NCBI GenBank assembly: GCA_947502765.1
Contig: CANNBA010000001.1
Span: 33,124 to 97,123, forward strand
Reading direction: 5' to 3'
Source: Flavobacteriales bacterium
Lineage (GTDB): Bacteria; Bacteroidota; Bacteroidia; Flavobacteriales; BACL11
Length of the DNA: 64,000 nt
Part shown: one piece after another, positions 50,314 to 60,311 of the stretch
Numbering within the stretch: position 1 is the first letter of the stretch
Layout of the letters: each line of letters opens with the position of its first letter
Notes under the pieces: generated by a model
Seen by the model: the letters and a program-made list of their open reading frames with translations, nothing else
Databases searched by the model: none
What the model was told of the DNA's origin: nothing
Program-made: the position numbers and the translations under genes

Positions 50314-52361
50314 TGAGTAAAAATCTCTCTAAAGATACATACAAAAAAGCATATTCCTTAATGTGCACAGCTCGTGCTTTAAGTGATCTTTATGAAGAGA
50401 ACAAAGAAGTTACTTCTAAATATGTACATGCAACATCCAAAGGACATGAAGCTATTCAATTAGCAGTTGGCTTGCAACTCACTAAGAATGATTGGGCAGC
50501 TCCTTACTACAGAGATGATGCCATGCTTTTAGCTATTGGACTGACTCCTTATGAATTAATGCTCCAACTTTTATGTAAAAAAGACGATCCTTTTTCAGGG
50601 GGAAGAACCTATTACTCCCACCCTTCTTTAAAAAGAGAAGGATTTCCAAAAATTCCACATCAATCTTCTGCAACCGGTATGCAAGCAATACCTACAACAG
50701 GAGTTGCAATGGGGATTCAATATCAAGAAAAAGAAAAAATAACAAAGCCTAAAAAAGGAGAAGAACCAATAGTTGTTTGTTCTCTTGGAGATGCTGCAAT
50801 TACTGAGGGAGAAGTAGCGGAAGCCTTTCAAATGGCAGTACTTAAAAAATTACCAATTTTGTATTTAGTACAAGATAATGAATGGGATATATCGGCTCAT
50901 GCCTCTGAAACAAGAGCAGTTGATGCCACCCATTACGCAAAAGGTTTTGGACTTAAAACGTACACTATTGATGGTACTGATTTTTCAGCATCTTATACAT
51001 GTATAAAAAAAGCATTTGAAGAGATAAGAGAGCAAAGAACTCCTATTTTAGTACATGCAAAAGTGCCACTTCTTAATCATCATACTTCAGGGGTTCGAAT
51101 GGAATGGTACAGAGATGATTTAGAGGAAGCAAAAAGTAGAGATCCTTTACCAAAACTCAAAGCAGAGCTGTTAAAAAATGGTTTTGCTCAAACAGAAATA
51201 CTGGAAATTGAGCAAATAGCCAAACAAATTGTTGAAACGGATTATAAAAAAGCACTTTTAGCAGAAGATCCAAAACCTGAAGATTTATTTACACATGATT
51301 TTGCTCCTACTTCAATTTTACAAGAAAAAGGAGAAAGAGCACCAAAAAATAAAGAGGCTACTCTAATGGTTGACTCTGGCCTATTTGCTATAAAAGAATT
51401 GATGTCTGAGCATCCTGAATGCTTATTGTATGGACAAGATGTTGGTAAAAGATTAGGTGGTGTTTTTCGTGAAGCAGCAACACTAGCTGACACTTTTGGA
51501 GATAATAGAGTGTTCAATACTCCTATTCAAGAAGCATTCATAATTGGCAGTACAGTGGGTATGTCAGCTGTAGGATTAAAACCTATTGTTGAAGTACAAT
51601 TTGCAGATTATATTTGGCCAGGACTTAATCAGCTTTTTACAGAAGTAAGTCGTTCTAATTATCTGTCTAATGGAAAATGGCCTGTGAGCTGTATTATCCG
51701 TGTGCCAATTGGAGCTTATGGAAGTGGAGGTCCTTATCACTCATCTTCTGTGGAGTCTGTTTTGGCTCAGATTAAAGGAATAAAAATTGCTTATCCCTCA
51801 AATGGTGCTGATCTAAAAGGATTAATCAAGGCTGCTTATTATGATCCTAATCCTGTTATTATTTTAGAGCATAAAGGACTTTACTGGAGTAAAATAAAAG
51901 GAACTATGGAAGCAAAGACTATAGAACCTTCAAAAGATTATATTATTCCATTTGGTAAGGCAAGAATTGCTTTAGAAAGTGATAATTGTGATAACACTAT
52001 CTGCATCATTACATATGGAATGGGAGTTTACTGGGCTCTAAATGCAGCAAAAAATCATCAAGGAAAAGTAGAAATTATAGATTTAAGAACAATCAATCCT
52101 ATTGATGAGGAATTAATTTTTGAGAGAGTAAATAAGCACGGAAAATGCTTAGTCCTTACTGAAGAACCATATCACCACTCTTTTGCACAGGCCCTATCAG
52201 GAAGAATTCAAGAAAATTGTTTTAGCAATTTAGATGCGCCCGTTTTTGTTATGGGTTCTAAAAATTTACCTGCAATACCTTTAAATGCTACTTTGGAAGC
52301 AACAATGCTACCAAATGCAGAAAAAGTAAGCACTAAAATTAGAGAGATTTTAGCCTATTAA
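50313..52361 (+). CDS. Fused alpha/beta E1 component of a TPP-dependent 2-oxoacid dehydrogenase
   Basis: 682 aa. E1-alpha TPP motif SLGDAAITEGEVAEAFQMAVLKKLPILYLVQDNEWDIS. E1-beta-like half (FNTPIQEAFIIGSTVGMS..., IIDLRTINPID). TAATG overlap with the preceding crotonase. Confidence 0.8.
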   Translation: MSKNLSKDTYKKAYSLMCTARALSDLYEENKEVTSKYVHATSKGHEAIQLAVGLQLTKNDWAAPYYRDDAMLLAIGLTPYELMLQLLCKKDDPFSGGRTYYSHPSLKREGFPKIPHQSSATGMQAIPTTGVAMGIQYQEKEKITKPKKGEEPIVVCSLGDAAITEGEVAEAFQMAVLKKLPILYLVQDNEWDISAHASETRAVDATHYAKGFGLKTYTIDGTDFSASYTCIKKAFEEIREQRTPILVHAKVPLLNHHTSGVRMEWYRDDLEEAKSRDPLPKLKAELLKNGFAQTEILEIEQIAKQIVETDYKKALLAEDPKPEDLFTHDFAPTSILQEKGERAPKNKEATLMVDSGLFAIKELMSEHPECLLYGQDVGKRLGGVFREAATLADTFGDNRVFNTPIQEAFIIGSTVGMSAVGLKPIVEVQFADYIWPGLNQLFTEVSRSNYLSNGKWPVSCIIRVPIGAYGSGGPYHSSSVESVLAQIKGIKIAYPSNGADLKGLIKAAYYDPNPVIILEHKGLYWSKIKGTMEAKTIEPSKDYIIPFGKARIALESDNCDNTICIITYGMGVYWALNAAKNHQGKVEIIDLRTINPIDEELIFERVNKHGKCLVLTEEPYHHSFAQALSGRIQENCFSNLDAPVFVMGSKNLPAIPLNATLEATMLPNAEKVSTKIREILAY

Positions 52362-54421
52362 TATTCAATCCTTTGATGGTGAATATTTACAAGTTTCTTT
52401 TTAAAGAGATTTTTCAATTTTGTAATTTCCCTTAAGGTAATATCTGCATCTGAAAATTGATCTTCATTAAGTTGCTTGTTAATCACACTCTCAACCAGAT
52501 TATCGATATTCTCAGCTGTGGGATTTTTTATACTTCTTGCAGCTGCTTCTGTTGAATCTGCCATCATAAGTATAGCCGTTTCCTTTGAAAAAGGTTTTGG
52601 TCCAGGATAAGTAAAATCCTTTCTATCTAATTCTTCATCTGGAAAGTTAGTAATATATTGCTTGTAAAAATACTCAACAGTAGTTGTGCCATGATGCGTT
52701 CTTATAAAATCAATTAATTCATCAGGAAGCTTATTTTCTTTGGCAATTTCTATTCCATCAAATACATGATTAATTATTATTGATGCGCTTTTATCAAATT
52801 CAATATCATCATGAGGATTAAAATTACTACTTTGATTCTCGATAAAATACCTAGGATTTTTGAGTTTACCAATATCATGGTAAATGGCTCCAGCTCGAAT
52901 CAATAAAGCATTAGCACCAACTTCAAGAGCTCCCATTTCAGCCAAATTAGCAACTTGTAAAGAATGTTGGAAAGTTCCTGGAGCTTCATCAGATAATCTT
53001 CTAATTAAGGGGCTATTGGTATCTGTTAATTCTAATAAAGAAACATCCGATACTAAAGAAAAAATCTTTTCAAATAAAAAAACTATAGGATAGGCAAAAA
53101 TGGTAAGCGCACCGCTAATGGTAAATTGCAATAATTTTAGCCCTTGTATTCCAGAGAAAGAAGCATCATGTGTAATGGATAGAGCAATATAAAGTAACAA
53201 ATACACCCCCATAACTTTAATAACCGACATGAATAACTGTGCCCTTTTATACATCTTAATTACGGTAAGAATAGAGATAATACCAGCTATTAATTGTAAA
53301 AACACGAACTCAAATCCATTGGGCATAATAAAACCAATAATCAGAATTGTAATCAGATGTACAAATAAAGCAACTCTTTTATCAAAAAATGCTTTAAGAA
53401 CTATAGGCAAGATACAAAAAGGAATACAATAAATCCAATCAACAGCTAATGATAAAACAATTGAAGACATAAGAACCATAATCACAACTAAAGATAATAT
53501 CAAACTCATCTTTGTTGTATTTTCTAATATTCTATTTCTATATTGTCTTAAAAATAACCAAAGCATTAATAATGAAATCCCTACCAATATAAATTGTCCA
53601 AAAAGAACTAGCAGATAAGAGCTTTTCTCCCATACCGCCCCTTCATATTTTTGCTTTAAACTGAGTAATACTTGGTACTTCTGAGCATCTACCAACTCCC
53701 CCTTATTAATGATTACCTGACCTGATACAACTAACCCTTTTGTAGTACTGATATTTGATAATTCACTGCTTAATAACTCATCAGTAGCTAACTTATCAAA
53801 AAGAATATTTTGCTCGATAGCTGCTAATAAAAGAGGCACTAAAAATTTATATTCTGTGCCAGATAATTGTTGAATCTTATTAGCCGCAGAATTTACAGTA
53901 TAAAAATCGGAAATATCTCGCCTTTGAGCTAATGATTCTGACTTTAGTAAAACTTGACTAAAATCTTGAAAATCAGAACTATTATTTAACTGAATAATAC
54001 CCTTTGAATAAATATCCTTAAGATAATTATAGCCAAAATTCACTAGCTTATTCTTTTGAGAACTTGCTAACTTACCATGTTTTGAAACCCATTTTGTTTC
54101 AAAATCATTTGTAAAATCTTCCGCTTTAATCTCAAAGATAGTTTCTGAATAATTATAAATGGGTAAATGCTGAGATGCTACAATTTCACGCTCTTTGCTT
54201 AATTCATTATTTGATTTTAAAATAGAAAAATCAAAAGGAGTAATAATTGACTCATGTAGCCATGGTTTTCCTTTAGTAAATTCGTACTTAAATTTTGTTT
54301 GTCTAGGAAAAAGAAATAAAATAAAAACAAGTGTTAAAACAAATAAGAATAATCTAAAATTTGGCTCATTACTATCTCTAAATTTAGATAAAATATTCTT
54401 CATTATTAGCTTTAATATCAA
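52358..54421 (-). CDS. 7TM-receptor-linked HD/HDIG phosphohydrolase (PgpH/YqfF-like)
   Basis: About seven central TM helices, then HSLQVANLAE...AGAIYHDIGK (HD) and IRTHHG. The start may be the ATG at 54403. Confidence 0.8.
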   Translation of the reverse strand: MILKLIMKNILSKFRDSNEPNFRLFLFVLTLVFILFLFPRQTKFKYEFTKGKPWLHESIITPFDFSILKSNNELSKEREIVASQHLPIYNYSETIFEIKAEDFTNDFETKWVSKHGKLASSQKNKLVNFGYNYLKDIYSKGIIQLNNSSDFQDFSQVLLKSESLAQRRDISDFYTVNSAANKIQQLSGTEYKFLVPLLLAAIEQNILFDKLATDELLSSELSNISTTKGLVVSGQVIINKGELVDAQKYQVLLSLKQKYEGAVWEKSSYLLVLFGQFILVGISLLMLWLFLRQYRNRILENTTKMSLILSLVVIMVLMSSIVLSLAVDWIYCIPFCILPIVLKAFFDKRVALFVHLITILIIGFIMPNGFEFVFLQLIAGIISILTVIKMYKRAQLFMSVIKVMGVYLLLYIALSITHDASFSGIQGLKLLQFTISGALTIFAYPIVFLFEKIFSLVSDVSLLELTDTNSPLIRRLSDEAPGTFQHSLQVANLAEMGALEVGANALLIRAGAIYHDIGKLKNPRYFIENQSSNFNPHDDIEFDKSASIIINHVFDGIEIAKENKLPDELIDFIRTHHGTTTVEYFYKQYITNFPDEELDRKDFTYPGPKPFSKETAILMMADSTEAAARSIKNPTAENIDNLVESVINKQLNEDQFSDADITLREITKLKNLFKKKLVNIHHQRIEY

Positions 54422-54485
54422 TAGCGAAAATAACTATAATTTAACTAAATTCGCCCCATATTAAAAATCTTAAAGTATTTATAGA

Positions 54486-55664
54486 ATGAAAGAAGTAGTA
54501 ATTGTATCGGCAGTACGCACTCCAATTGGAAGTTTTGGAGGTTGTTTATCATCAATATCGGCAACTAAATTAGGAGCTGCTGCTATTAAAGGTGCCATTG
54601 AAAAAGCTGGAATTGATTGTAAAATAATTGATGAAGTCTTTATGGGAAATGTCTTACAAGCAAATTTAGGACAAGCCCCGGCTAGGCAAGCGGCTATTTT
54701 TGCAGGAATTTCAAATGATGTGCCCTGTACCACAATAAATAAAGTATGTGCATCAGGGATGAAATCAATTATGATTGCCGCACAAACAATTATGTGTGGT
54801 GATAATGATGTTGTAATTGCTGGTGGAATGGAAAATATGTCAAATGTACCGCATTATTTTGCCCAAGGTAGAACTGGACAAAAATTAGGTGATATGAAGC
54901 TTTTAGATGGCATGGTAAAAGACGGTTTAACGGATGTTTACAGCAATGTTCATATGGGTGTTTGTGCTGAAATTTGCGCAAAGGAAATGCAATTTAGCCG
55001 TCAAGAGCAAGATGCTTTTGCTATAGAATCTTACAATAGAAGTACTAACTCATGGGCTACAGGTAAATTTGCAGATGAAGTAACTCCAGTTGCAGTTCCT
55101 CAAATAAAAGGGGATGCTTTAATCATTTCAGAAGATGAAGAATACAAGAATGTAAAACTAGACAAAATTGCTAGCTTAAGACCAGTATTTGATAAAGAGG
55201 GTACTATTACAGCAGCAAATGCCTCTACACTTAATGATGGAGCTTCTGCCCTTGTCTTAATGAGTGCAGATAAAGCTACAGCATTGAACATCACCCCAAT
55301 TGCAAAAATTAGAAGTTATGCAGATGCAGCACAGGAACCAGAATGGTTTACAACTACTCCATCAAAAGCCTTACCAATTGCTATAGCTAAAGCAGGCCTT
55401 ACTAGTAATGATATTGATTATTATGAATTAAATGAAGCCTTTTCAGTAGTAGGACTGGCAAATATTAAAATTTTAGGTTTAGATGCCAATAAAGTTAATG
55501 TAAATGGAGGTGCTGTTTCTTTAGGACATCCTCTTGGTAGTTCTGGTTCTAGAATTATTGTTACTTTAATAAATGTACTAAAACAGAATGGAGCTAAAAT
55601 TGGTGCTGCTGGAATTTGTAATGGTGGCGGAGGTGCCTCTGCAATGGTAATTGAATTGATATAA
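54486..55664 (+). CDS. Acetyl-CoA C-acetyltransferase (thiolase II)
   Basis: 392 aa. [25 protein letters not shown] and CNGGGGASA motifs. Confidence 0.9.
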   Translation: MKEVVIVSAVRTPIGSFGGCLSSISATKLGAAAIKGAIEKAGIDCKIIDEVFMGNVLQANLGQAPARQAAIFAGISNDVPCTTINKVCASGMKSIMIAAQTIMCGDNDVVIAGGMENMSNVPHYFAQGRTGQKLGDMKLLDGMVKDGLTDVYSNVHMGVCAEICAKEMQFSRQEQDAFAIESYNRSTNSWATGKFADEVTPVAVPQIKGDALIISEDEEYKNVKLDKIASLRPVFDKEGTITAANASTLNDGASALVLMSADKATALNITPIAKIRSYADAAQEPEWFTTTPSKALPIAIAKAGLTSNDIDYYELNEAFSVVGLANIKILGLDANKVNVNGGAVSLGHPLGSSGSRIIVTLINVLKQNGAKIGAAGICNGGGGASAMVIELI

Positions 55665-56428
55665 TGCAATACGGAATTTCTAATCTTTCAATCGTTCCTA
55701 TGCGCAGTGAGGCTGCTGACCAAACAGAAATGGTGAATCAAATATTATTTGGAGAGCATTTTAAAGTTTTGGAGATTCGAAAAAAATGGAGTAGAATTCG
55801 CTTAGCACACGACAGTTATGAAGGTTGGATTTCTAACAAACAATGGATCGAAATTCCGGAAGAAGATTACAAGCAATTGGACAAAGATGTATCAACAATC
55901 ACTACGGATATTTTAGACATTATCACCAAAGACCAGCATCTACCCATAGTTATGGGAAGTATTTTACCTTTTTATAAAAGCGGACACGCCCTTATAAATA
56001 ATGAAATGTATCAATTTGATGGGCTTACAACTCCTGGTTTTGTGAGTAAAGAAAAATTAATCGAAAATGCTTTAATCTATTTAAATGCGCCTTATTTATG
56101 GGGAGGTCGCTCTCCACTAGGTATTGACTGCTCCGGTTTGACTCAAATGGTGTACCGCTTGCAAGGAATTAATTTACCTAGAGATGCTTATCAACAAGCC
56201 AAAGTTGGAACTACTCTTAGTTTTGTGGAGGAAAGTGAGCCTGGAGATTTAGCATTTTTTGATAATGAAGAAGGAAAAGTTATTCATGTTGGAATAATTT
56301 TAGAAGATAATCATATCATACACGCATCAGGAAAAGTAAGAATTGATAGAATTGATCAACAAGGAATATTTAACACGGAATTAGGCAATCACACTCATAA
56401 ATTAAGACTGATAAAAAGCATTTGTTAA
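55664..56428 (+). CDS. C40 (NlpC/P60) family peptidase with N-terminal SH3-like domains
   Basis: YLWGGRSPLGIDCSGLTQMVY (catalytic Cys) and ...HVGIIL...IIHASG (His). Confidence 0.8.
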   Translation: MQYGISNLSIVPMRSEAADQTEMVNQILFGEHFKVLEIRKKWSRIRLAHDSYEGWISNKQWIEIPEEDYKQLDKDVSTITTDILDIITKDQHLPIVMGSILPFYKSGHALINNEMYQFDGLTTPGFVSKEKLIENALIYLNAPYLWGGRSPLGIDCSGLTQMVYRLQGINLPRDAYQQAKVGTTLSFVEESEPGDLAFFDNEEGKVIHVGIILEDNHIIHASGKVRIDRIDQQGIFNTELGNHTHKLRLIKSIC

Positions 56429-56429
56429 G

Positions 56430-57701
56430 ATGCAAAATATCCCTTTAGCCGAACGAATTAGACCTAGAAAACTATCAGAAGTAATCGGTCAAAAACATCT
56501 TATTGGGGAAAAAGGTACTCTTAAAACAGCAATAAACAATAAACTGATCCCTTCCATGATATTTTGGGGACCACCAGGAGTTGGAAAAACTACTTTATCC
56601 AACTTAATCGCCCAAGAATTAGACAGACCCTTTTATACTTTATCGGCAGTTAATTCTGGTGTTAAAGATGTGCGTGAAGTAATAGAAAAAGCTTCTTCAT
56701 TGGGTTTATTTGGAAAAAATATTCCAATTCTATTTATTGATGAAATTCATAGGTTTAGTAAAGCCCAACAAGATTCCTTATTGGGAGCTGTTGAGAAAGG
56801 AGTTATAACACTAATTGGAGCAACTACTGAAAATCCTTCTTTTGAAGTTATATCTGCCCTGCTTTCTCGCTCTCAAGTATATATTTTGGAATCATTATCT
56901 AAAGATGATTTACAAGAATTACTAGAAAGAGCATTAAATCATGATGAAGTTTTACGTAAACTAAAAATCACCCTGAAAGAAACGGAATCTTTAATCCAAA
57001 TTTCAGCAGGAGATGCTAGAAAACTACTTAATATTCTAGAGCTTGTTGTTAGCTCAATAGATGAAAAAGAAATTGTAATTACTAATGATTTAGTAGTGGA
57101 AGCAGCACAACAAAATATAGTGCGTTATGATAAAAATGGCGAACAACATTACGATATTATTTCTGCATTTATTAAATCCATAAGAGGAAGCGATCCAAAT
57201 GGAGCCGTTTATTGGCTTGCTAGAATGATTGAAGGTGGAGAAGATGTTAAATTTATTGCCAGAAGACTTTTAATTTTAGCCTCAGAAGACATAGGAAATG
57301 CCAACCCGACAGCCTTAATAATAGCCAATAATTGCTTTCAAGCAGTAAATGTAATTGGCTATCCGGAGTCTAGAATTACACTGTCACAAACTGTTATTTA
57401 TTTAGCTTGTTCTAGCAAAAGTAATTCTTCCTATCTGGCAATTAATCAGGCGCAAGAAGAGGTAAGAAATAGCGGGAATTTATCTGTTCCCTTGCATTTA
57501 CGCAATTCCCCTACCAAACTAATGAAAGAATTAGGTTACGGCAAGGATTACCTATATTCACACAATAAACCTACTGACAACCAAGAATTTTTACCTAATG
57601 AAATCAGTGGAAACACTTTTTACAACCCTTCTAATAATAGCAAAGAAAATGGGTTTAGAGAGGGATTAAAAAATCTTTGGGAAGGAAAATATAATTATTA
57701 A
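56430..57701 (+). CDS. rarA: Replication-associated recombination protein A (AAA+ ATPase MgsA/RarA)
   Basis: [11 protein letters not shown], Walker [10 protein letters not shown], Walker [10 protein letters not shown] and C-terminal [26 protein letters not shown]. Confidence 0.9.
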   Translation: MQNIPLAERIRPRKLSEVIGQKHLIGEKGTLKTAINNKLIPSMIFWGPPGVGKTTLSNLIAQELDRPFYTLSAVNSGVKDVREVIEKASSLGLFGKNIPILFIDEIHRFSKAQQDSLLGAVEKGVITLIGATTENPSFEVISALLSRSQVYILESLSKDDLQELLERALNHDEVLRKLKITLKETESLIQISAGDARKLLNILELVVSSIDEKEIVITNDLVVEAAQQNIVRYDKNGEQHYDIISAFIKSIRGSDPNGAVYWLARMIEGGEDVKFIARRLLILASEDIGNANPTALIIANNCFQAVNVIGYPESRITLSQTVIYLACSSKSNSSYLAINQAQEEVRNSGNLSVPLHLRNSPTKLMKELGYGKDYLYSHNKPTDNQEFLPNEISGNTFYNPSNNSKENGFREGLKNLWEGKYNY

Positions 57702-57738
57702 TCTATCTTTGTAAGATGAAAAGATTCCTTCCAAAAGG

Positions 57739-57750
57739 AAAAAAAAAAAA
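57739..57750 (+). repeat. A12 homopolymer tract in the rarA-kdsA intergenic region
   Basis: GG followed by 12 consecutive A, counted directly from the sequence. Confidence 0.95.
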
Positions 57751-57844
57751 TTGATTCTAGGAACACATCATTTAGAAGATATTTTTAATGGCGATAAAGC
57801 AAAAGCTGTAAGCTTTTATTTTAACATACAATTACAATTCTAAA

Positions 57845-58654
57845 ATGCTAGCAAAAATAAATAAAATAAAACACCAAAGAAGTGAAAATTTCTTTCTTAT
57901 GGCAGGACCTTGCGCTATTGAAGGAGAAGCAATGGCTATGGAAATTGCAGAAAAAATCCTTGGGATAACCAACAAGCTGGAAATCCCATTTATTTTTAAA
58001 GGAAGTTACCGCAAAGCAAATCGTTCACGCCTGGATTCATTTACAGGAATTGGCGATATGGAAGCATTGGAAATTCTTAAAAAGGTAGGCGAACGCTGCA
58101 ACATCCCCACATTAACCGATATTCATACTGCAGAGGAAGCTGCTATTGCTGCACAATATGTTGATATCCTACAAATTCCTGCGTTTTTGTGCAGACAAAC
58201 TGATTTATTAGTGGCTGCAGCCAAAACAGGAAAAGCAGTAAATATAAAAAAAGGGCAATTTCTTTCTCCTGAAAGCATGATACATGCTGTAAATAAAGTT
58301 AAGGAAAGTGGTAATAATAACATAATACTAACCGATAGAGGAACTATGTTTGGCTACCAGGATATAGTGATAGATTATAGAGGAATCCCAATAATGCAGA
58401 ACTTTGGATTGCCAGTAGTTTTAGATATTACCCATTCCCTGCAAACACCTAACCAAAATAGTGGTGTAACTGGTGGAAAGCCAGAAATGATAGAGATACT
58501 TGCAAAAGCAGGAATTGCAGCTGGAGTGGATGGTATCTTTTTAGAAACTCACCCAAAACCTAATGAAGCAAAATCAGATGGTGCGAATATGTTGGAATTG
58601 GAAAAACTAGAAGATTTACTTATTAAACTAGTTAGAATTAGAAAAGTTTTATAA
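57845..58654 (+). CDS. kdsA: 3-deoxy-8-phosphooctulonate (KDO-8-P) synthase
   Basis: FFLMAGPCAIE, FKGSYRKANRSS-like motif, DITHSLQ and GGKPEMIE. Confidence 0.9.
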   Translation: MLAKINKIKHQRSENFFLMAGPCAIEGEAMAMEIAEKILGITNKLEIPFIFKGSYRKANRSRLDSFTGIGDMEALEILKKVGERCNIPTLTDIHTAEEAAIAAQYVDILQIPAFLCRQTDLLVAAAKTGKAVNIKKGQFLSPESMIHAVNKVKESGNNNIILTDRGTMFGYQDIVIDYRGIPIMQNFGLPVVLDITHSLQTPNQNSGVTGGKPEMIEILAKAGIAAGVDGIFLETHPKPNEAKSDGANMLELEKLEDLLIKLVRIRKVL

Positions 58655-59113
58655 AAATCTATTGCACCATCCTTCTTTTATTGGTTTTAACCAATTAGAA
58701 AGCTCGCTCTTTTTCTGTATGGTAAGGTCATAAAATAGAGTATTCTTATTTGTGCTTTCTGCTAATTTGAAAGAAGGAATACATTGTACTTTATCAGCTA
58801 TCCTGCAAAATACATTAAGTCTATTCATTAAAGAGACAGAAAGATCTTTTTCTATTTTCAGTATTTTATTTTGAAGTGTATCAATAGAGCACCCACTTGC
58901 TCCAGCCTCATTATCATCCAAAGCAACAACAATAAAATGATTTTCAAAAACTTTAACCCCAGCTGTTAAAGGCACTTTATGAGCTTCCCAATTTTGAAGT
59001 TGCTTAGAGATGTGAGTAAGAATATAGTTTTCTTGATCAGTTGTTAATTTTTGGGCTGATGGATAAATCCAAATTCTGGACTCATTAGGAAGAATATCAA
59101 AATCAACTAACAT
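58649..59113 (-). CDS. Hypothetical protein
   Basis: 154 aa with no motif recognised. Abuts the upstream Fe-S gene (59113/59114), so it is probably co-transcribed. Confidence 0.5.
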   Translation of the reverse strand: MLVDFDILPNESRIWIYPSAQKLTTDQENYILTHISKQLQNWEAHKVPLTAGVKVFENHFIVVALDDNEAGASGCSIDTLQNKILKIEKDLSVSLMNRLNVFCRIADKVQCIPSFKLAESTNKNTLFYDLTIQKKSELSNWLKPIKEGWCNRFL

Positions 59114-59890
59114 CTAAATATTTTCTGCGATAAGTTCTGCAATATCCTTAACTTGTGCAGCTCCTTCCTTTACTGCTTTTACCCCATCAGTCATCATAGT
59201 ATTACAAAATGGACATCCTGTTGCAATAACATCTGGATTTAATCCAAGAGCCTCTTCTGTTCTATCAATATTGATTTCTTTATCTCCTCTCTCAGCATCT
59301 TTAAACATCTGAGATCCTCCTGCTCCACAACAAAAAGATCTACTCTTAGATCGCTTCATTTCCACAACATCAACTCCTAAAGATCTTATTAATGATCGTG
59401 GGCTATCATACACCCCATTAGCTCTTCCTAAATAACAAGGATCATGATAAACTATCTTCTTGCCTTTTAAATCGCCTTTAATAGTTAATTTACCCTTAGT
59501 AATTAAATTAGAAATAAACTCACTATGATGTTGAACAGTATAATTGCCTCCTAAAGACGGATATTCATTTTTTATTGTATTATACGAATGAGGACAAGTG
59601 GTCACAATATATTTTACATTATAAGCATTCATCACCTCAATATTTGTCATGGCTTGCATTTGAAACAAAAACTCATTTCCGGCTCTTTTTGCGGCATCTC
59701 CTGATGAAGATTCTTCCGTACCTAATACTCCAAAATTAATTCCTGCAGTATTGAGTATTTTTACAAAAGACCTTGTTATTTTCTTTGCTCTATCATCAAA
59801 ACTTCCTGCACTACCTACCCAAAAAAGAATATCAGCTTCTTTTCCTTCTGCCATAAATTCAGCCATTGTTTTTACTTGTAATTCACTCAT
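59114..59890 (-). CDS. (Fe-S)-binding protein with CCG (HdrB/HdrD/GlpC-type cysteine-rich) domains
   Basis: The second CCG domain is intact (HDPCYLGR...SFCCGAGG...TGCPFCNTM). The first is degenerate (WVGSAG...ESSSGD...TTCPHS). Confidence 0.75.
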   Translation of the reverse strand: MSELQVKTMAEFMAEGKEADILFWVGSAGSFDDRAKKITRSFVKILNTAGINFGVLGTEESSSGDAAKRAGNEFLFQMQAMTNIEVMNAYNVKYIVTTCPHSYNTIKNEYPSLGGNYTVQHHSEFISNLITKGKLTIKGDLKGKKIVYHDPCYLGRANGVYDSPRSLIRSLGVDVVEMKRSKSRSFCCGAGGSQMFKDAERGDKEINIDRTEEALGLNPDVIATGCPFCNTMMTDGVKAVKEGAAQVKDIAELIAENI

Positions 59891-59894
59891 ACTA

Positions 59895-60311
59895 TTAAGA
59901 TTTAAAAACTTGAATAGTCACTTCTTTATCAATAAGATCGGTAAATTTACCATCAAATCGGGTTGCTCGAACAATATGATTATCTACCCAGTGATAGTTC
60001 CCTCCTCTTGGTTTTCCCATTAAAAGTACATGATACATAAAACCATTTTGTTTTAACCAATTTTCTGTTACTTCTCTATGATCTTCCAGTCTAGAAGTAA
60101 AGAAAGTAATATAATACCCTTGATTATACCAACTATTTAAAGTTTCTAAAGCGTCAAGATAAAGTTTAGCAGTAACCATTCTTTCCGGTTCTTCATTTGG
60201 AATATCATCACAAATAGTACCATCAATATCAATCAGATAATTTTTAATATCATCAGGTAAAACAGGAGATATGTGTTTCCCATCTACTATCTTTTCTACT
60301 AATTTACTCAT
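59895..60311 (-). CDS. HAD-superfamily phosphatase-like protein
   Basis: LIDIDGTIC (DxDGT motif I), ITFFTSR (motif II) and MGKPRGG (motif III Lys). Overlaps the upstream gene by 8 nt. Confidence 0.55.
   Translation of the reverse strand: MSKLVEKIVDGKHISPVLPDDIKNYLIDIDGTICDDIPNEEPERMVTAKLYLDALETLNSWYNQGYYITFFTSRLEDHREVTENWLKQNGFMYHVLLMGKPRGGNYHWVDNHIVRATRFDGKFTDLIDKEVTIQVFKS

Noticed and set aside
36834-52361. Hidden paaK (phenylacetate-CoA ligase) or paaX-type regulator within the paa cluster
   Set aside because: Every ORF of at least 60 aa in the cluster was accounted for. None shows AMP-binding (SSGTTG/TGD-type) or helix-turn-helix regulator motifs.
52884-54464. Plus-strand ORFs 52884-53093, 53229-53432 and 54195-54464
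   Set aside because: They are antisense to the 7TM-HD phosphohydrolase gene and are shadow ORFs in AT-rich coding sequence.
57725-57750. Hairpin TTCCTT-CCAA-AAGGAA next to the A12 run as a rarA terminator
   Set aside because: On the plus strand the stem is followed by A rather than U. On the minus strand the T-run precedes the stem. Neither orientation fits an intrinsic terminator.
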